Source: Bacillota bacterium | Lineage (GTDB): Bacteria; Bacillota; Clostridia; Acetivibrionales; DTU013 | Reading direction: 5' to 3' | Assembly: GCA_023411575.1 (NCBI GenBank) | Contig: JAEYOP010000018.1 | Coordinates: forward strand, 8,441-72,440 | Length of the DNA stretch: 64,000 bases | Part shown: positions 19,594 to 29,631 of the stretch, piece after piece | Numbering within the stretch: the first letter of the stretch is position 1 | How the letters are laid out: the number at the start of each line of letters is the position of its first letter | Program-made: the position numbers and the translations under genes | The notes under the pieces: generated by a model | Database searches by the model: none | What the model saw: the letters and a program-made list of their open reading frames with translations, nothing else | What the model was told of the DNA's origin: nothing

Positions 19594-19758
19594 GTGGATT
19601 TGCAGCAGGTAAAAGCCGAGATCGAAGAGATCAAAGCGGAATTGGAACATTTGATGGATTCGGGAGCGGGTTTTGCCGAGATTTATGAGACCAGCCTCCG
19701 GTTGGACAAGCTGATTGTGATTTTCCAGAAACATTTTTGCAGGACGGGCATTCAGTAA
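19594..19758 (+). CDS. Spo0E-like small protein (54 aa, GTG start; not in the supplied ORF track)
   Basis: SD AAGGAG lies 9 nt upstream of the GTG. The translation VDLQQVKAEIEEIKAELEHLMDSGAGFAEIYETSLRLDKLIVIFQKHFCRTGIQ shows the two-helix Spo0E pattern with an S-x-x-LD-x-LI core. Confidence 0.45.
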   Translation: MDLQQVKAEIEEIKAELEHLMDSGAGFAEIYETSLRLDKLIVIFQKHFCRTGIQ

Positions 19759-19834
19759 GATGCGGCATGCCGAACCGGCAGGCTGACGGGGTTATACCAA
19801 GGAAAAACGGATCGGTCGTATTCGGGTGGGAAAA

Positions 19835-20995
19835 ATGTATTTTGTGGAGAAGACCAAGGGCACAAATTATTTGAAGCAATTCGATTATTTGCTTTTCGCG
19901 GCAATTATGACATTGTCGGTCATCGGCATAATCGTTTTGCGCAGTGCCATCGGGGAAGCAGCGATGACCGGCACCTGGCTCAAGCAGCTGATCTGCCTGT
20001 CCATCGGCGTTGTTCTCTGCATCACCATTTGCGCCATCGATTATAAGGATTTCAAAACCCTGGGGATACTATTGTATGTTGTCAGTATTATCCTGCTTGT
20101 TCTCGTCCTGATTATCGGTAAGGAGGTAAACGGCAGCAAAAGCTGGCTGCCCGTGCCCGTGATCAACAGGTTTCAGCCGTCCGAGCTGGCAAAGGTGGCG
20201 TTTGCCGTGGTAATACCGGTGTTTTTCGAGCGCCTGAAGGAAGGCCAGGAAACCGGCAAAAACGTGGTCAAGCTGCTGCTCTATACCGGCCTTCCCATCG
20301 GATTGATCCTGCTGCAGCGGGATGTCGGCACGGCACTGGTTTTCATTTTCGCTTTCATCATAATGCTGTTTGTCTATGGCATCCCGTACCGGTATTTTTT
20401 CATAGCATTGGGCTCCATGCTTGCGCTGGCCCCTGTTTTATGGTTTTTCGTGATCCCGGCCAAATATCCCCATATTAAAAACAGAATCCTTACCTTTCTA
20501 TATCCCGAACTGGATTTGCAGGGCAAGGGCCTGCAGGTGTACCGGTCCAAGATGACCATCGGCTCCGGGCAAATGTTCGGAAAGGGCCTGTTCCACGGTC
20601 TTCAGACGCAAAACAGCAGCCCGCTGGTAAGCAGTTACAGCGTACCGGAAAAGCAGACGGATTTCATCTTTTCCGTAATAGGGGAAGAACTGGGCTTTAT
20701 CGGCGCGATATTCGTCATTGTCCTCATATTCTTCCTGCTGCTGCGCTGCATCTACATTGCAATGAATTCCCGGGATCCTTACGGCTCCTTTGCGGTCATC
20801 TGCATAACCGCGATGTTCGGCTTCCACTTCATTGAGAACATAGGCATGTGCATAGGCGTGCTCCCGGTCACGGGCATACCGCTTCCCTTTGTAAGCCAGG
20901 GGGGAAGCTCGCTGATAACCAACTTTCTAAATGTAGGCATCCTGTTGAGCGTTTCCATGCGGCGAAAGAAAGCCATCTTCAACAGTTCCCAGTAA
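19835..20995 (+). CDS. SEDS-family protein (FtsW/RodA/SpoVE), RodA-like by context
   Basis: A 10-TM SEDS architecture with PSELAKVAF and the C-terminal ...GIPLPFVSQGGSSL motifs. I chose the ATG at 19835, which follows GGGTGGG. Confidence 0.8.
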   Translation: MYFVEKTKGTNYLKQFDYLLFAAIMTLSVIGIIVLRSAIGEAAMTGTWLKQLICLSIGVVLCITICAIDYKDFKTLGILLYVVSIILLVLVLIIGKEVNGSKSWLPVPVINRFQPSELAKVAFAVVIPVFFERLKEGQETGKNVVKLLLYTGLPIGLILLQRDVGTALVFIFAFIIMLFVYGIPYRYFFIALGSMLALAPVLWFFVIPAKYPHIKNRILTFLYPELDLQGKGLQVYRSKMTIGSGQMFGKGLFHGLQTQNSSPLVSSYSVPEKQTDFIFSVIGEELGFIGAIFVIVLIFFLLLRCIYIAMNSRDPYGSFAVICITAMFGFHFIENIGMCIGVLPVTGIPLPFVSQGGSSLITNFLNVGILLSVSMRRKKAIFNSSQ

Positions 20996-21009
20996 AATCG
21001 GCCATACGA

Positions 21010-21049
21010 GGCGGTGCGGCAGAAGGATTTCCCCTGCGCCGCCTTTTTT
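21010..21049 (+). terminator. Intrinsic terminator after the SEDS gene
   Basis: GC-rich hairpin GGCGGTGCGGCAG...CTGCGCCGCC followed by TTTTTTGTTT. Confidence 0.55.
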
Positions 21050-21110
21050 GTTTCGCTTGCGCCATCGCGGGCATTTTAAAATTTATGTTGTGCTGGAGGG
21101 ATAGTGAAGT

Positions 21111-23372
21111 ATGAATGACAGGGACAGAGCTCATCTAAAAATATGGTATGACAGGCCGGCGAAGGACTGGAACGAAGCCCTGCCTGTGGGAAACGGAAGC
21201 CTGGGCGGCATGGTTTTCGGCGGAGCGGAGGAAGAGCTCATTCAACTGAATGAAGATACGGTCTGGTATGGCACGAAAAAGCAGAGAATCAATCCCGATG
21301 CGCAGAAATACCTGCCGGAAATCCGGGATATGCTGCTTCATAACAAAGTCCGGGAGGCCGAGCGCCTTACGGACCTGGCGATGTTTGCCACGCCGTTCAG
21401 CGAAGGCCACTATGAACCGCTCGGGGATCTGCGGATCCGTTTTTACGGGCATGAAAACGGGGTGCAGGACTATCGGAGGGAGCTGGATATCGAGGAAGCG
21501 GTGGCGCGTGTCTGCTATCGGAGCGGGGATGTCTGCTTTTCCAGGGAGATGTTTGCAAGCGCCGTTCATAAGTGTATGGCGATCCGGCTGACGGCGGACA
21601 AGCCTGCCCGGATTTCCCTGTCCGTGGGGCTTTACAGGGGGAAATGCTATGAACGGACGGACGTATTGGGCGGAAACATGCTGATGCTCCGGGGAGCATG
21701 CGGCGGCGAAGGCGGCGCGCAGTTCCGCGCCCTGTTGAAGGTTATGGCGGAAGGAGGCCGTGTGTTCTCCATTGGCGACAGAGTGGTGGTGGAGGATGCG
21801 GATTGCATTACCCTGCTGCTTACAGGCAGGACCGTCTATTACTGGGAGGATCCCGAGGACTGGTGCAGGGATGTGATCCGGAAAGCGTCAATGGTGAATT
21901 ATGCCACTTTGAAAAAAGAACATATCAGGGAATACCGGAGAATTTTCTCAAGAGTGGGTTTCCAACTGGGAAGCAAAGAGGAAAAGCACCCGCTGGCGGA
22001 GCTTCCGACGGGCGAGCGGCTCCGGAGGCTCCAGGAAGGCGGGGAGGACCCGGAGTTGATCGCACTCTATTTCCAATACGGAAGATATCTTTTGATTTCC
22101 TGCAGCAGGCCCGGGGGCATGGCGGCAAACCTGCAGGGCATCTGGAATCAGGACATGCTGCCGGCCTGGGACAGCAAATACACCATAAACATCAATACCC
22201 AGATGAATTATTGGCCGGCGGAAGTATGCAATCTATCCGAATGCCATATCCCTCTTTTCGATCTGATCGAAAGAATGAGGTGGTCGGGCCGGGAGGTCGC
22301 AGATCGCATGTATGGCTGCAGAGGGTTTGTAGCGCACCACAATACGGATATTTTCGGCGACTGCGCGCCCCAGGACCTGTACATGCCCGCCACCCAATGG
22401 CCCATGGGGGCCGCCTGGCTGTGCCTGCACCTTTGGGAGCATTATGATTTCGGGAGGGACAGGGCATTCCTCCACAAAGCTTACCCTATTCTGAGGGAAG
22501 CCGCGGAGTTTTTTCTGGATTTTCTGATGGAAAACGGAAAGGGACAGCTGGTAACGTGCCCCTCCGTATCTCCGGAGAACACCTTTCAGATGCCGGACGG
22601 GGAAAAGGGCCATTTGTGCATGGGACCGTCCATGGACAGCCAGATTTTGTACGAGCTTTTTACCGATTGCATCGAAGCGGCGGCCATACTGGATATCGAC
22701 CAGGACTTCCGCTATGTGTTGAAAAAGACCCGGGACAGGCTTCCCAGGCCTGAAATCGGCAAATACGGACAGATCATGGAGTGGGCGGAGGACTACGAAG
22801 AACCGGAGCCGGGGCACAGGCACATCTCCCAGTTGTTTGCCCTGATCCCCGGCAGTCAGATCTCCGTGACCGGGACCCCCGAACTGGCAAAGGCCGCGAG
22901 GGTCACGCTGGAAAGAAGGCTTGCGAACGGAGGGGGACATACGGGCTGGAGCAGGGCATGGATCATCAATATGTGGGCCAGGCTGCAGGATTCGGAAAAA
23001 GCCTATGAAAATGTACTGGCGCTGCTGACAAAGTCCACGCTGCCCAACCTTCTGGACAACCATCCTCCGTTCCAGATCGACGGCAATTTCGGCGGGACGG
23101 CCGGAATTGCGGAGATGCTGCTCCAGAGCCACGGCGGGGAGCTCGTATTCCTGCCGGCGCTGCCGTCGAAGTGGGCGGAAGGGCATATGACCGGCCTGAG
23201 AGCACGCGGAGGCTTTGAGGTGGACCTGGAATGGAAAGGCGGAAAGCTCGCCAAAGCAGTGGTCCGGTCCCTGGCGGGCAATGTCTGCCGGATCCGAAAA
23301 GCGGATGGCGGGCTATTGGAATTTCCAACGAAAAAGGGCGGCGTTTACAGCGTAGATGAAACGATGTATTGA
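21111..23372 (+). CDS. Glycoside hydrolase family 95 (alpha-L-fucosidase-type)
   Basis: 753 aa. The N-terminus [28 protein letters not shown]...LNEDTVWYG and the central (alpha/alpha)6 region ...[15 protein letters not shown]... are typical of GH95. Confidence 0.85.
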   Translation: MNDRDRAHLKIWYDRPAKDWNEALPVGNGSLGGMVFGGAEEELIQLNEDTVWYGTKKQRINPDAQKYLPEIRDMLLHNKVREAERLTDLAMFATPFSEGHYEPLGDLRIRFYGHENGVQDYRRELDIEEAVARVCYRSGDVCFSREMFASAVHKCMAIRLTADKPARISLSVGLYRGKCYERTDVLGGNMLMLRGACGGEGGAQFRALLKVMAEGGRVFSIGDRVVVEDADCITLLLTGRTVYYWEDPEDWCRDVIRKASMVNYATLKKEHIREYRRIFSRVGFQLGSKEEKHPLAELPTGERLRRLQEGGEDPELIALYFQYGRYLLISCSRPGGMAANLQGIWNQDMLPAWDSKYTININTQMNYWPAEVCNLSECHIPLFDLIERMRWSGREVADRMYGCRGFVAHHNTDIFGDCAPQDLYMPATQWPMGAAWLCLHLWEHYDFGRDRAFLHKAYPILREAAEFFLDFLMENGKGQLVTCPSVSPENTFQMPDGEKGHLCMGPSMDSQILYELFTDCIEAAAILDIDQDFRYVLKKTRDRLPRPEIGKYGQIMEWAEDYEEPEPGHRHISQLFALIPGSQISVTGTPELAKAARVTLERRLANGGGHTGWSRAWIINMWARLQDSEKAYENVLALLTKSTLPNLLDNHPPFQIDGNFGGTAGIAEMLLQSHGGELVFLPALPSKWAEGHMTGLRARGGFEVDLEWKGGKLAKAVVRSLAGNVCRIRKADGGLLEFPTKKGGVYSVDETMY

Positions 23373-24304
23373 ACAAGCGGAAGGAGCCCCATCTCGCTGC
23401 GGAATTTTTCGCTCAGACGGGTATGCTGCTCCACTTCCAGCTTTGCCGTGGAATTCAGATCGGACGTCGGTCTTGTTCTGGCACGGAGGCCGGTAAAATT
23501 CCCGATGAGCTTTTGATAGTATTTGGCGTTTATCGGATAAATCTGGCGCTCCAGCAGTGCGGTGACGCTTAGAAAATCGCTTACCTGTTCCGCCTTTGCG
23601 GGCTCTTTGCCAAAGTTGCCGCAAACCCAGGAATACAGGTCGGCTTGAAATCCGGCCATCACTCCGCTGAAGCCTGACGCACCGGCTTTGAGCGATTGCA
23701 GGAGAGTCGCCGAATTTGCGTTGAAAAGCTTTAACTGTGTCCCTTTGATCGCTTCTAGCTTAGCGTTCATATTGTCGATATCACAGCTGGTATCCTTGAT
23801 AAAATGGAACCTGCCCGTATCTGCACACCATTTCAGCAGCTTCGGCGAAATAAGCCTTTTATAGGGAAAGGGACATTCGTAAAAACCCAGCGGCACTTCT
23901 TCAGGAAGCAGGGCGAGAAGCTTTTTCAGGTTCTCAAGCCAGGTATCGTCGCTTTCGTCCTGCTTTGCAAGGCGGTTTGTCAGCAGAATGAGACAATCCG
24001 CTCCCGCCGATGCGATGTCCTTCAGTTCCTTAGCCTGCGACTCAATGGAATCGGAAATATGTCCGGATGCAATGACAGGTACGCGTCCATTCGCCTTTTC
24101 TTTTACAAACCTGGTGATTCCGGTTCTCTCTTCGTCTGACAGAAAAAACATCTCACTGGACTGGCAAACAGCGAACAAGCCGGACACACTGCAGCGGATA
24201 TACCATTCGGTCAGTCTGCCCAGGGATTCATAGTCAACCTTGTTATCGTCCGTAAAAGGGGTAAGCATAGTGGGGTATACGCCGTTTGGAAATTTATCGG
24301 GCAT
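23345..24304 (-). CDS. DapA/N-acetylneuraminate-lyase-family class I aldolase (substrate unknown)
   Basis: The N-terminus [21 protein letters not shown], the GFYECP tyrosine motif and the Schiff-base lysine context FIKDTS are present. Its 3' end overlaps GH95 by 28 nt, convergently. Confidence 0.8.
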   Translation of the reverse strand: MPDKFPNGVYPTMLTPFTDDNKVDYESLGRLTEWYIRCSVSGLFAVCQSSEMFFLSDEERTGITRFVKEKANGRVPVIASGHISDSIESQAKELKDIASAGADCLILLTNRLAKQDESDDTWLENLKKLLALLPEEVPLGFYECPFPYKRLISPKLLKWCADTGRFHFIKDTSCDIDNMNAKLEAIKGTQLKLFNANSATLLQSLKAGASGFSGVMAGFQADLYSWVCGNFGKEPAKAEQVSDFLSVTALLERQIYPINAKYYQKLIGNFTGLRARTRPTSDLNSTAKLEVEQHTRLSEKFRSEMGLLPLVQYIVSSTL

Positions 24305-24324
24305 GTTGATTTTCTCCTTACCTG

Positions 24325-25866
24325 TTATTTTGCTTTCTTTCCGTTCCGGTACTCTGTCGGTGTCAAGCCGTTGTATTGCTTGAATATTCTGAAAAAATAT
24401 TTGGGGTTTCGGTAGCCCACTTCTTTGGTGATCTCCTCAATGCTCATTTTGCTCTCCGACAGGAAGTTCATCGCCTTGGCCATACGGATTCTTGTCAGAT
24501 AATCATTGAAGCTTTCCCCTGTTTTTAGTTTGAATAAATAGCTGCAATAGGACGGGTTGATGAAGTAGTTCGATGCTATGAACTCCAGTGTGATTTTTGA
24601 GCCGTAATTGGTGTCCAGATAGTTCTTAATCTGCTCGATCAGGCGTTCCTGGCTCTGGCAGGAGTTTTTCAAAGTAGTGAAAATCAGGGAAATGTAGCCG
24701 GAGAGTTCTCTTTTGATCCGGTCAATGGTTGTTTCAAACAAGTACCGGTCATAAAACAAAGCGGGGATATCTTCCGTCGCCGCATCATATTGCAGGGCGT
24801 ACCCGTTCACCAGCCTGATCAGGCTGCAGCACTCCTCGTGCAATACCTCGAAGGGCACGTTGCTTTTCTCCAATTCATCAAAAAAACGGTTCAGCGATTC
24901 ATGCAGTTCGTCCGGGGAATAGCGCAGGCTCGCGAAAACAGCTTTGATCTGATCCTCGGAATGGATTCTTTCCATACTTTGTTTTACCGGCTTCAGTTTG
25001 ACCTGCCTTTCCGACAGGCGGACTTTCCCGAAGCTGTCCATGCAGCTCCTGTATAGATTGTGGACCTCATTTATGGCACCGCAGCTGTCGCTGATGCAGA
25101 GATACTGTACAAAACCGGTGTTATCCGCCAGGATTCGCAGGGCAAGCTCCTGTGCAAAGCTCTCCAGAATCCGCTCGTGGTCATGGTAATCCATCAGCAG
25201 AATAAAATAGCAATACTTCTGCGATTCGTCCTCAAGCGGCACGGTGCCGATTCCGTGCGATTCCCCCTCACACAGCCTTTCAAGCGCCGGAAGAAGGGAG
25301 GGGGCGTTGGTTTTCACCGTAATCAGCTTGAATTTCCGGACCCCGCTATATTCTTTGGATTCCGTAGAGTTTGAAATTTCCGCTTCTGCAGTGTGAATGA
25401 TGCAATCGAGCAGTTTCCTGTTACTCTGGCGCTTTTCGAAAGCACTGATGTGTTCCTTCATATAGCCGACCTGGGCATTCATGTTCTGCTGCCGGTTGAT
25501 CAGGCTGATTGCCTTGTTCAGCTGTTTGCGTATTTCTTCGGCGGAAAAGGGCTTGAGAACATATCCGACCACACCGTTTTCAATGGCGGAATTCAAATAT
25601 TCGAAATCCCGGTAGCTGCTGAGGACGATTACCTTTTTATCCGGGTAGGCTGCCGCCAGGTGGTCCAGGAAACCCATGCCGTCCATCTCCGGCATTTTCA
25701 TATCGGTAATAACGATATCCGGGTTTGCCGACTCGATCAGTTTGAGCCCTTCAGCGCCATTGGCTGCCTGACCCTTGCAGACAAGCCCCATGTCCAGCTT
25801 GTTGATTTTCTTTACAAGACCCTCGCGAATGATCGCTTCATCGTCAACGGCGATATAGCTGTACAT
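24325..25866 (-). CDS. Response regulator with AraC-type HTH output (YesN-like)
   Basis: It has an N-terminal receiver (DVITDMKMPEMDG, phospho-Asp context), a middle YesN-type domain and a C-terminal AraC HTH (...GYRNPKYFFRIFKQYNGLTPTEYR). Confidence 0.85.
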   Translation of the reverse strand: MYSYIAVDDEAIIREGLVKKINKLDMGLVCKGQAANGAEGLKLIESANPDIVITDMKMPEMDGMGFLDHLAAAYPDKKVIVLSSYRDFEYLNSAIENGVVGYVLKPFSAEEIRKQLNKAISLINRQQNMNAQVGYMKEHISAFEKRQSNRKLLDCIIHTAEAEISNSTESKEYSGVRKFKLITVKTNAPSLLPALERLCEGESHGIGTVPLEDESQKYCYFILLMDYHDHERILESFAQELALRILADNTGFVQYLCISDSCGAINEVHNLYRSCMDSFGKVRLSERQVKLKPVKQSMERIHSEDQIKAVFASLRYSPDELHESLNRFFDELEKSNVPFEVLHEECCSLIRLVNGYALQYDAATEDIPALFYDRYLFETTIDRIKRELSGYISLIFTTLKNSCQSQERLIEQIKNYLDTNYGSKITLEFIASNYFINPSYCSYLFKLKTGESFNDYLTRIRMAKAMNFLSESKMSIEEITKEVGYRNPKYFFRIFKQYNGLTPTEYRNGKKAK

Positions 25867-25884
25867 AGTATCCGTACCTCCCGT

Positions 25885-27651
25885 TTATAGCGGTAAATCC
25901 GCGTATACCCTTGTCCCGTCCGGACCGCTTTCTATATTGAGCCCGAAATCGGCGCCGAATAAAAGTCGGATTCTTTTGTTGATATTGGCAAGACCGATAT
26001 CATGATGCCGACCCTCTGTTTTCTCTCTTATTTCACCGGAGGCAATGGTTTCCCGGACTTGAATCAGCTTGCTTTCCTGGATTCCAATCCCGTTGTCCCT
26101 GACTGTGACCCTCAGCCTGGAATTCTGAGCTTTTGCAGATATAACCAGCTGCCATTCGTTTTCCCGAGCAAGGAGGCCGTGCTCGATCGCATTTTCCACA
26201 ATGGGCTGGAGCATAAATTTTAATACGGGATGCTCCAGCATTTCCTTTTCCATGTCAACCTGGTAATGGATTTTCTTTCCGAACCGGATTTCCTGTATTC
26301 CGATATATTTGCCGATCTGCTCGATTTCCGATTTCAGCGGTACGATATCCTCCTCGCAGTCAATGCTGTATCTCAGCATGTCCCCCAGGGATTTTGACAT
26401 GACCGAGATGTTTTCGATCTCTTCGATTTCCGCAAGGCCGTTGATGTTTTCAAGCGTGTTGAAAACAAAATGCGAGTTGATTTGGGCAACCAGGTTCTTC
26501 ATTTTTGATTTGAGAAGCGCGATCTCATTCAGATATTTGTCCTGGATTAGGGCGTTCATTTTCTCTATCATTTCTCCGAACCGCTTATATAGTATGCCGA
26601 TTTCATCATCCCGCCGGAGATATTTTGAATGGATTGAGGCTGTATCCGGCATCGTATTGAGCATGATTCTGCTCAAATTGATAACGGGCCGGGTAAAAAT
26701 CCTGGACAGGACATACAACAGGAACAGGACGCCGATTATGCACAGAAACATAATGATGATCAAATAGGTTACATTATGCATAAATACTCTGTCGTAGGAT
26801 TCCATGGAAACCTGGGAAACAATCTTCCAGTTGTTTACGTTCAGCGTGCTGTAAAGGAATATGTCGTTCGAACCGCCCTTTGTGATGTGTCCCATATTTG
26901 AACTGAGGATCTGCTTCAACACGTCTTCGCGGAAGAAGATGCTGTCGTCGCCGAACAGAACCTTTCCCGCGCTGTCCATTACACAGATGCTGTCCCAGGG
27001 CAGGCTGCCGCTGTTTATGTTTTTCAGCATGCCCGTATTGATCACGATGGAGAGCATCCCGATCACCTTGCCGTTTTGCAGGTCGGATACATTTTTGGAG
27101 ATGATGATGTATTTATCGCTTCCGCTCAGCTTGCCCGGATTGATGATCTGGATGGAAACATAAGGGTTCTTTGAGTTTACAAACCACTTGTTTTGTTCGG
27201 CAAAATCCTCCATGCCCAATTCCGTTTTATAGCTCTTGTTATAGGAATACAGATGCTTGTCAGGAATATACAGTAATACGGCCTCAATATAGTCATTATT
27301 GTAAACAAAGGACTCTCCGATACTTATGACTTTTCTGCTGTTCATCAGCCTCTGGTACTGGGAGGGGGGAGCACCGCCCAGCTCGGACTTGGCGATCAAC
27401 TGAATATCATTTTCGGACGTAATTCCGTTGTACAGCATGGTATCTAGCATTTTTTCAACATTGCTGAAGATGTTGTTGATTGTCATGGCCTGCTTTTCAA
27501 TCGTAACTTCCGAAGCGTTTGTAATCTGCTGCTTGTAGAACTGGGAATTGTTGTGCAGGGTGAGCAGAAACAGCAGCAGGGCAGGCAATAGGGAGACTGC
27601 CAGGATACATATGGTTAATTTTGTCTGAATGCTGTTTTTAACTCTCATCAT
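25885..27651 (-). CDS. Sensor histidine kinase (YesM-like; two TM, extracytoplasmic sensor, HAMP, His_kinase, HATPase)
   Basis: The domain order is TM, a roughly 260-aa sensor, TM, HAMP, the INSHFVFNTLENI histidine box, then the HATPase_c motifs (DNGIGI, GLANI). Confidence 0.85.
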   Translation of the reverse strand: MMRVKNSIQTKLTICILAVSLLPALLLFLLTLHNNSQFYKQQITNASEVTIEKQAMTINNIFSNVEKMLDTMLYNGITSENDIQLIAKSELGGAPPSQYQRLMNSRKVISIGESFVYNNDYIEAVLLYIPDKHLYSYNKSYKTELGMEDFAEQNKWFVNSKNPYVSIQIINPGKLSGSDKYIIISKNVSDLQNGKVIGMLSIVINTGMLKNINSGSLPWDSICVMDSAGKVLFGDDSIFFREDVLKQILSSNMGHITKGGSNDIFLYSTLNVNNWKIVSQVSMESYDRVFMHNVTYLIIIMFLCIIGVLFLLYVLSRIFTRPVINLSRIMLNTMPDTASIHSKYLRRDDEIGILYKRFGEMIEKMNALIQDKYLNEIALLKSKMKNLVAQINSHFVFNTLENINGLAEIEEIENISVMSKSLGDMLRYSIDCEEDIVPLKSEIEQIGKYIGIQEIRFGKKIHYQVDMEKEMLEHPVLKFMLQPIVENAIEHGLLARENEWQLVISAKAQNSRLRVTVRDNGIGIQESKLIQVRETIASGEIREKTEGRHHDIGLANINKRIRLLFGADFGLNIESGPDGTRVYADLPL

Positions 27652-27667
27652 GCTGCCTCACAAGTTG

Positions 27668-27676
27668 ATTATAGCA
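27668..27676 (-). promoter_or_regulatory. Candidate extended -10 promoter (TGCTATAAT) ahead of the kinase gene
   Basis: The minus strand reads ...GAATATGCTATAATCAACTTGTGAGGCAGCATG. There is no good -35, but the TGn extension is present. Confidence 0.4.
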
Positions 27677-27741
27677 TATTCATCGGTAAAAAGTTACCAA
27701 CCGCCGTTTTGTTCGCTTCTCCTGCTGCTTTTACGCTGTTT

Positions 27742-28596
27742 TCAACCCTTGACCGCGCCGGTGGTCAGGCCCCCGATAAAGTATCTCTGCAGGAAGGCAT
27801 AGGCCAGAAGGATGGGCAGGGCGCTTAAATAGCAGGCCGAAAACAGTTGGTTCCACTGGGTCGCATTTTCCATATCGCCTATGAAGTTCAGCATTACGAG
27901 GGGAAGCGTCTTCTGGGTCGCGGCGGACAGGAAGAGCATGGAAAAGAAGAAGTCGTTCCAGATCGGTACTCCCTGAGTAATGATGATGGCCGTGATGGCC
28001 GGCTTTATAAGCGGGACAACGATCGTAAGGAAGGTCCGCAGTGTTCCCGCCCCATCAATTGTGGCGGACTCTTCCAGTGCGTAGGGGACGCTTGATTTCA
28101 CGAAATTAATGCTCAGGAATACGGAAAAGCTGATGGAGCACGCCGTATAGAGGGCGATCGGCGCAAGCTTCGTATTGGAAAAGCCCAGGGTGTTGACAAT
28201 TTTAAACATGGGGATAATCGACATTTGAGCGGATACAATCATGCCGGCCATAAAAAACACCTGCAGGAAGGAGCCGAGTTTACTCTTCAGCCTTGCAATC
28301 GCATAACCCGCGAGGGTCACTATGAAAACAAGGATGCATACGCTTGAGCCCGTAATAATTACACTATTCATCAGCGCTCTGAAATAGCCCATTTTTTTGA
28401 ACGCAACCTTGTAGCTTTCCAGCGAAATCTGGCTGAATAATTTCATATAAGGATCTGAATTTTCAGGCGTTCGGAAGGAACCGGACAGCGCAATCAGAAG
28501 GGGCGAAAGCCACACGGCAAAGAAAATGAATATGGCGGCGCTTAGGAGAATTTCTTTTTTCAGCGACTTTTCCAGGAGCGGTATGTTTCGAGCCAT
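27742..28596 (-). CDS. Carbohydrate ABC transporter permease (MalG/BPD_transp_1 type)
   Basis: Six TM helices with the EAA loop ...LEESATIDGAGTLRTFLTIVVP... typical of CUT1 permeases. Confidence 0.85.
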   Translation of the reverse strand: MARNIPLLEKSLKKEILLSAAIFIFFAVWLSPLLIALSGSFRTPENSDPYMKLFSQISLESYKVAFKKMGYFRALMNSVIITGSSVCILVFIVTLAGYAIARLKSKLGSFLQVFFMAGMIVSAQMSIIPMFKIVNTLGFSNTKLAPIALYTACSISFSVFLSINFVKSSVPYALEESATIDGAGTLRTFLTIVVPLIKPAITAIIITQGVPIWNDFFFSMLFLSAATQKTLPLVMLNFIGDMENATQWNQLFSACYLSALPILLAYAFLQRYFIGGLTTGAVKG

Positions 28597-29471
28597 TATG
28601 CTTCAATCTCCTTCTTTTTCATCAATGTAAGAGTAACCACCGAAACAGTAAGAATCAGCAGGAATGCAACTGCAGCAAGCGCTTCCGCAACGCCGTACTG
28701 ATTTTCTATGAACGCCATCTTGTACACGGCGTACATCAAGGTCGAGGTAGAACTTCCGGGTCCCCCGTGGGTCAGGGTGAAGATATAATCGAAAGCCTTG
28801 AACCCCGAAATGAGCCCCAGCATTGTATTGATGGTAATCGTATTTGCCAGCATGGGGATTTTTACGTAGCGGATCAGCTGCCAGCCCCTGCACCCATCCA
28901 TTCTTGCGGATTCAATCACTTCCTCCGGGATATCCTGCAGCCCGGCGAGGTAAATGATGGTCATGGTGCCTGTTGTTTTCCACCTTTCGACAAAAGCCAC
29001 CGCAATCAGGGCAGTAGAGGCTTTGCCCAGCAGGTTGGGCGCCTGTTCGCCCATGCCGATCAGACTGAATAGCTCATGAATCATTCCGTACTGGGGGGCA
29101 TAGACATAGCTCCAGATAAAACCGATGACAATGGTGCTGAAGAGCGCCGGAATATAAAAGATCGTTCTGAAAAAGCCTTTCATTTTCAAATTGACGTTCA
29201 GGATCAACGCAAGCGCCAATGCCTGCAAATTTCCCCATACCACTGCATAAACGGCATATATGACGGTGTTTTTCAGCGTCTTTACCAGTGTTCCGTCGTT
29301 CCACAATATTTTCAGGTTTTGAAAGCCGACAAACTGATAGTCCCCGATGCCTGTCCAGTCCGTCAATCCATAATAGTAGGACATGATTACGGGCATGATC
29401 CAAAAGGTAAGGTAGATTACAAACGCAGGAACTACAAATAGATACAAAATACGCTTTTTGCTTGTGCTCAT
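28596..29471 (-). CDS. Carbohydrate ABC transporter permease (MalF type)
   Basis: The EAA loop is ...ESARMDGCRGWQLIRYVKIP.... The start is uncertain: ATGs at 29471, 29507 and 29576 are all in frame, and 29471 gives the usual length of about 291 aa. Confidence 0.8.
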   Translation of the reverse strand: MSTSKKRILYLFVVPAFVIYLTFWIMPVIMSYYYGLTDWTGIGDYQFVGFQNLKILWNDGTLVKTLKNTVIYAVYAVVWGNLQALALALILNVNLKMKGFFRTIFYIPALFSTIVIGFIWSYVYAPQYGMIHELFSLIGMGEQAPNLLGKASTALIAVAFVERWKTTGTMTIIYLAGLQDIPEEVIESARMDGCRGWQLIRYVKIPMLANTITINTMLGLISGFKAFDYIFTLTHGGPGSSTSTLMYAVYKMAFIENQYGVAEALAAVAFLLILTVSVVTLTLMKKKEIEA

Positions 29472-29631
29472 ATTATTTTGCAACCCCGTCCGAATAGTCT
29501 TTTTCATTCCGTCCGGGCATAGCTGAGCAAGAGGAGCGGGGCACCTGCACCAGGCGTTATACAGCCTCTTGTGCATATGCCCCGCGTTTTAAGGAGCTTT
29601 CATCCTCCGACCTTATTCAGCACGCCCGAGA

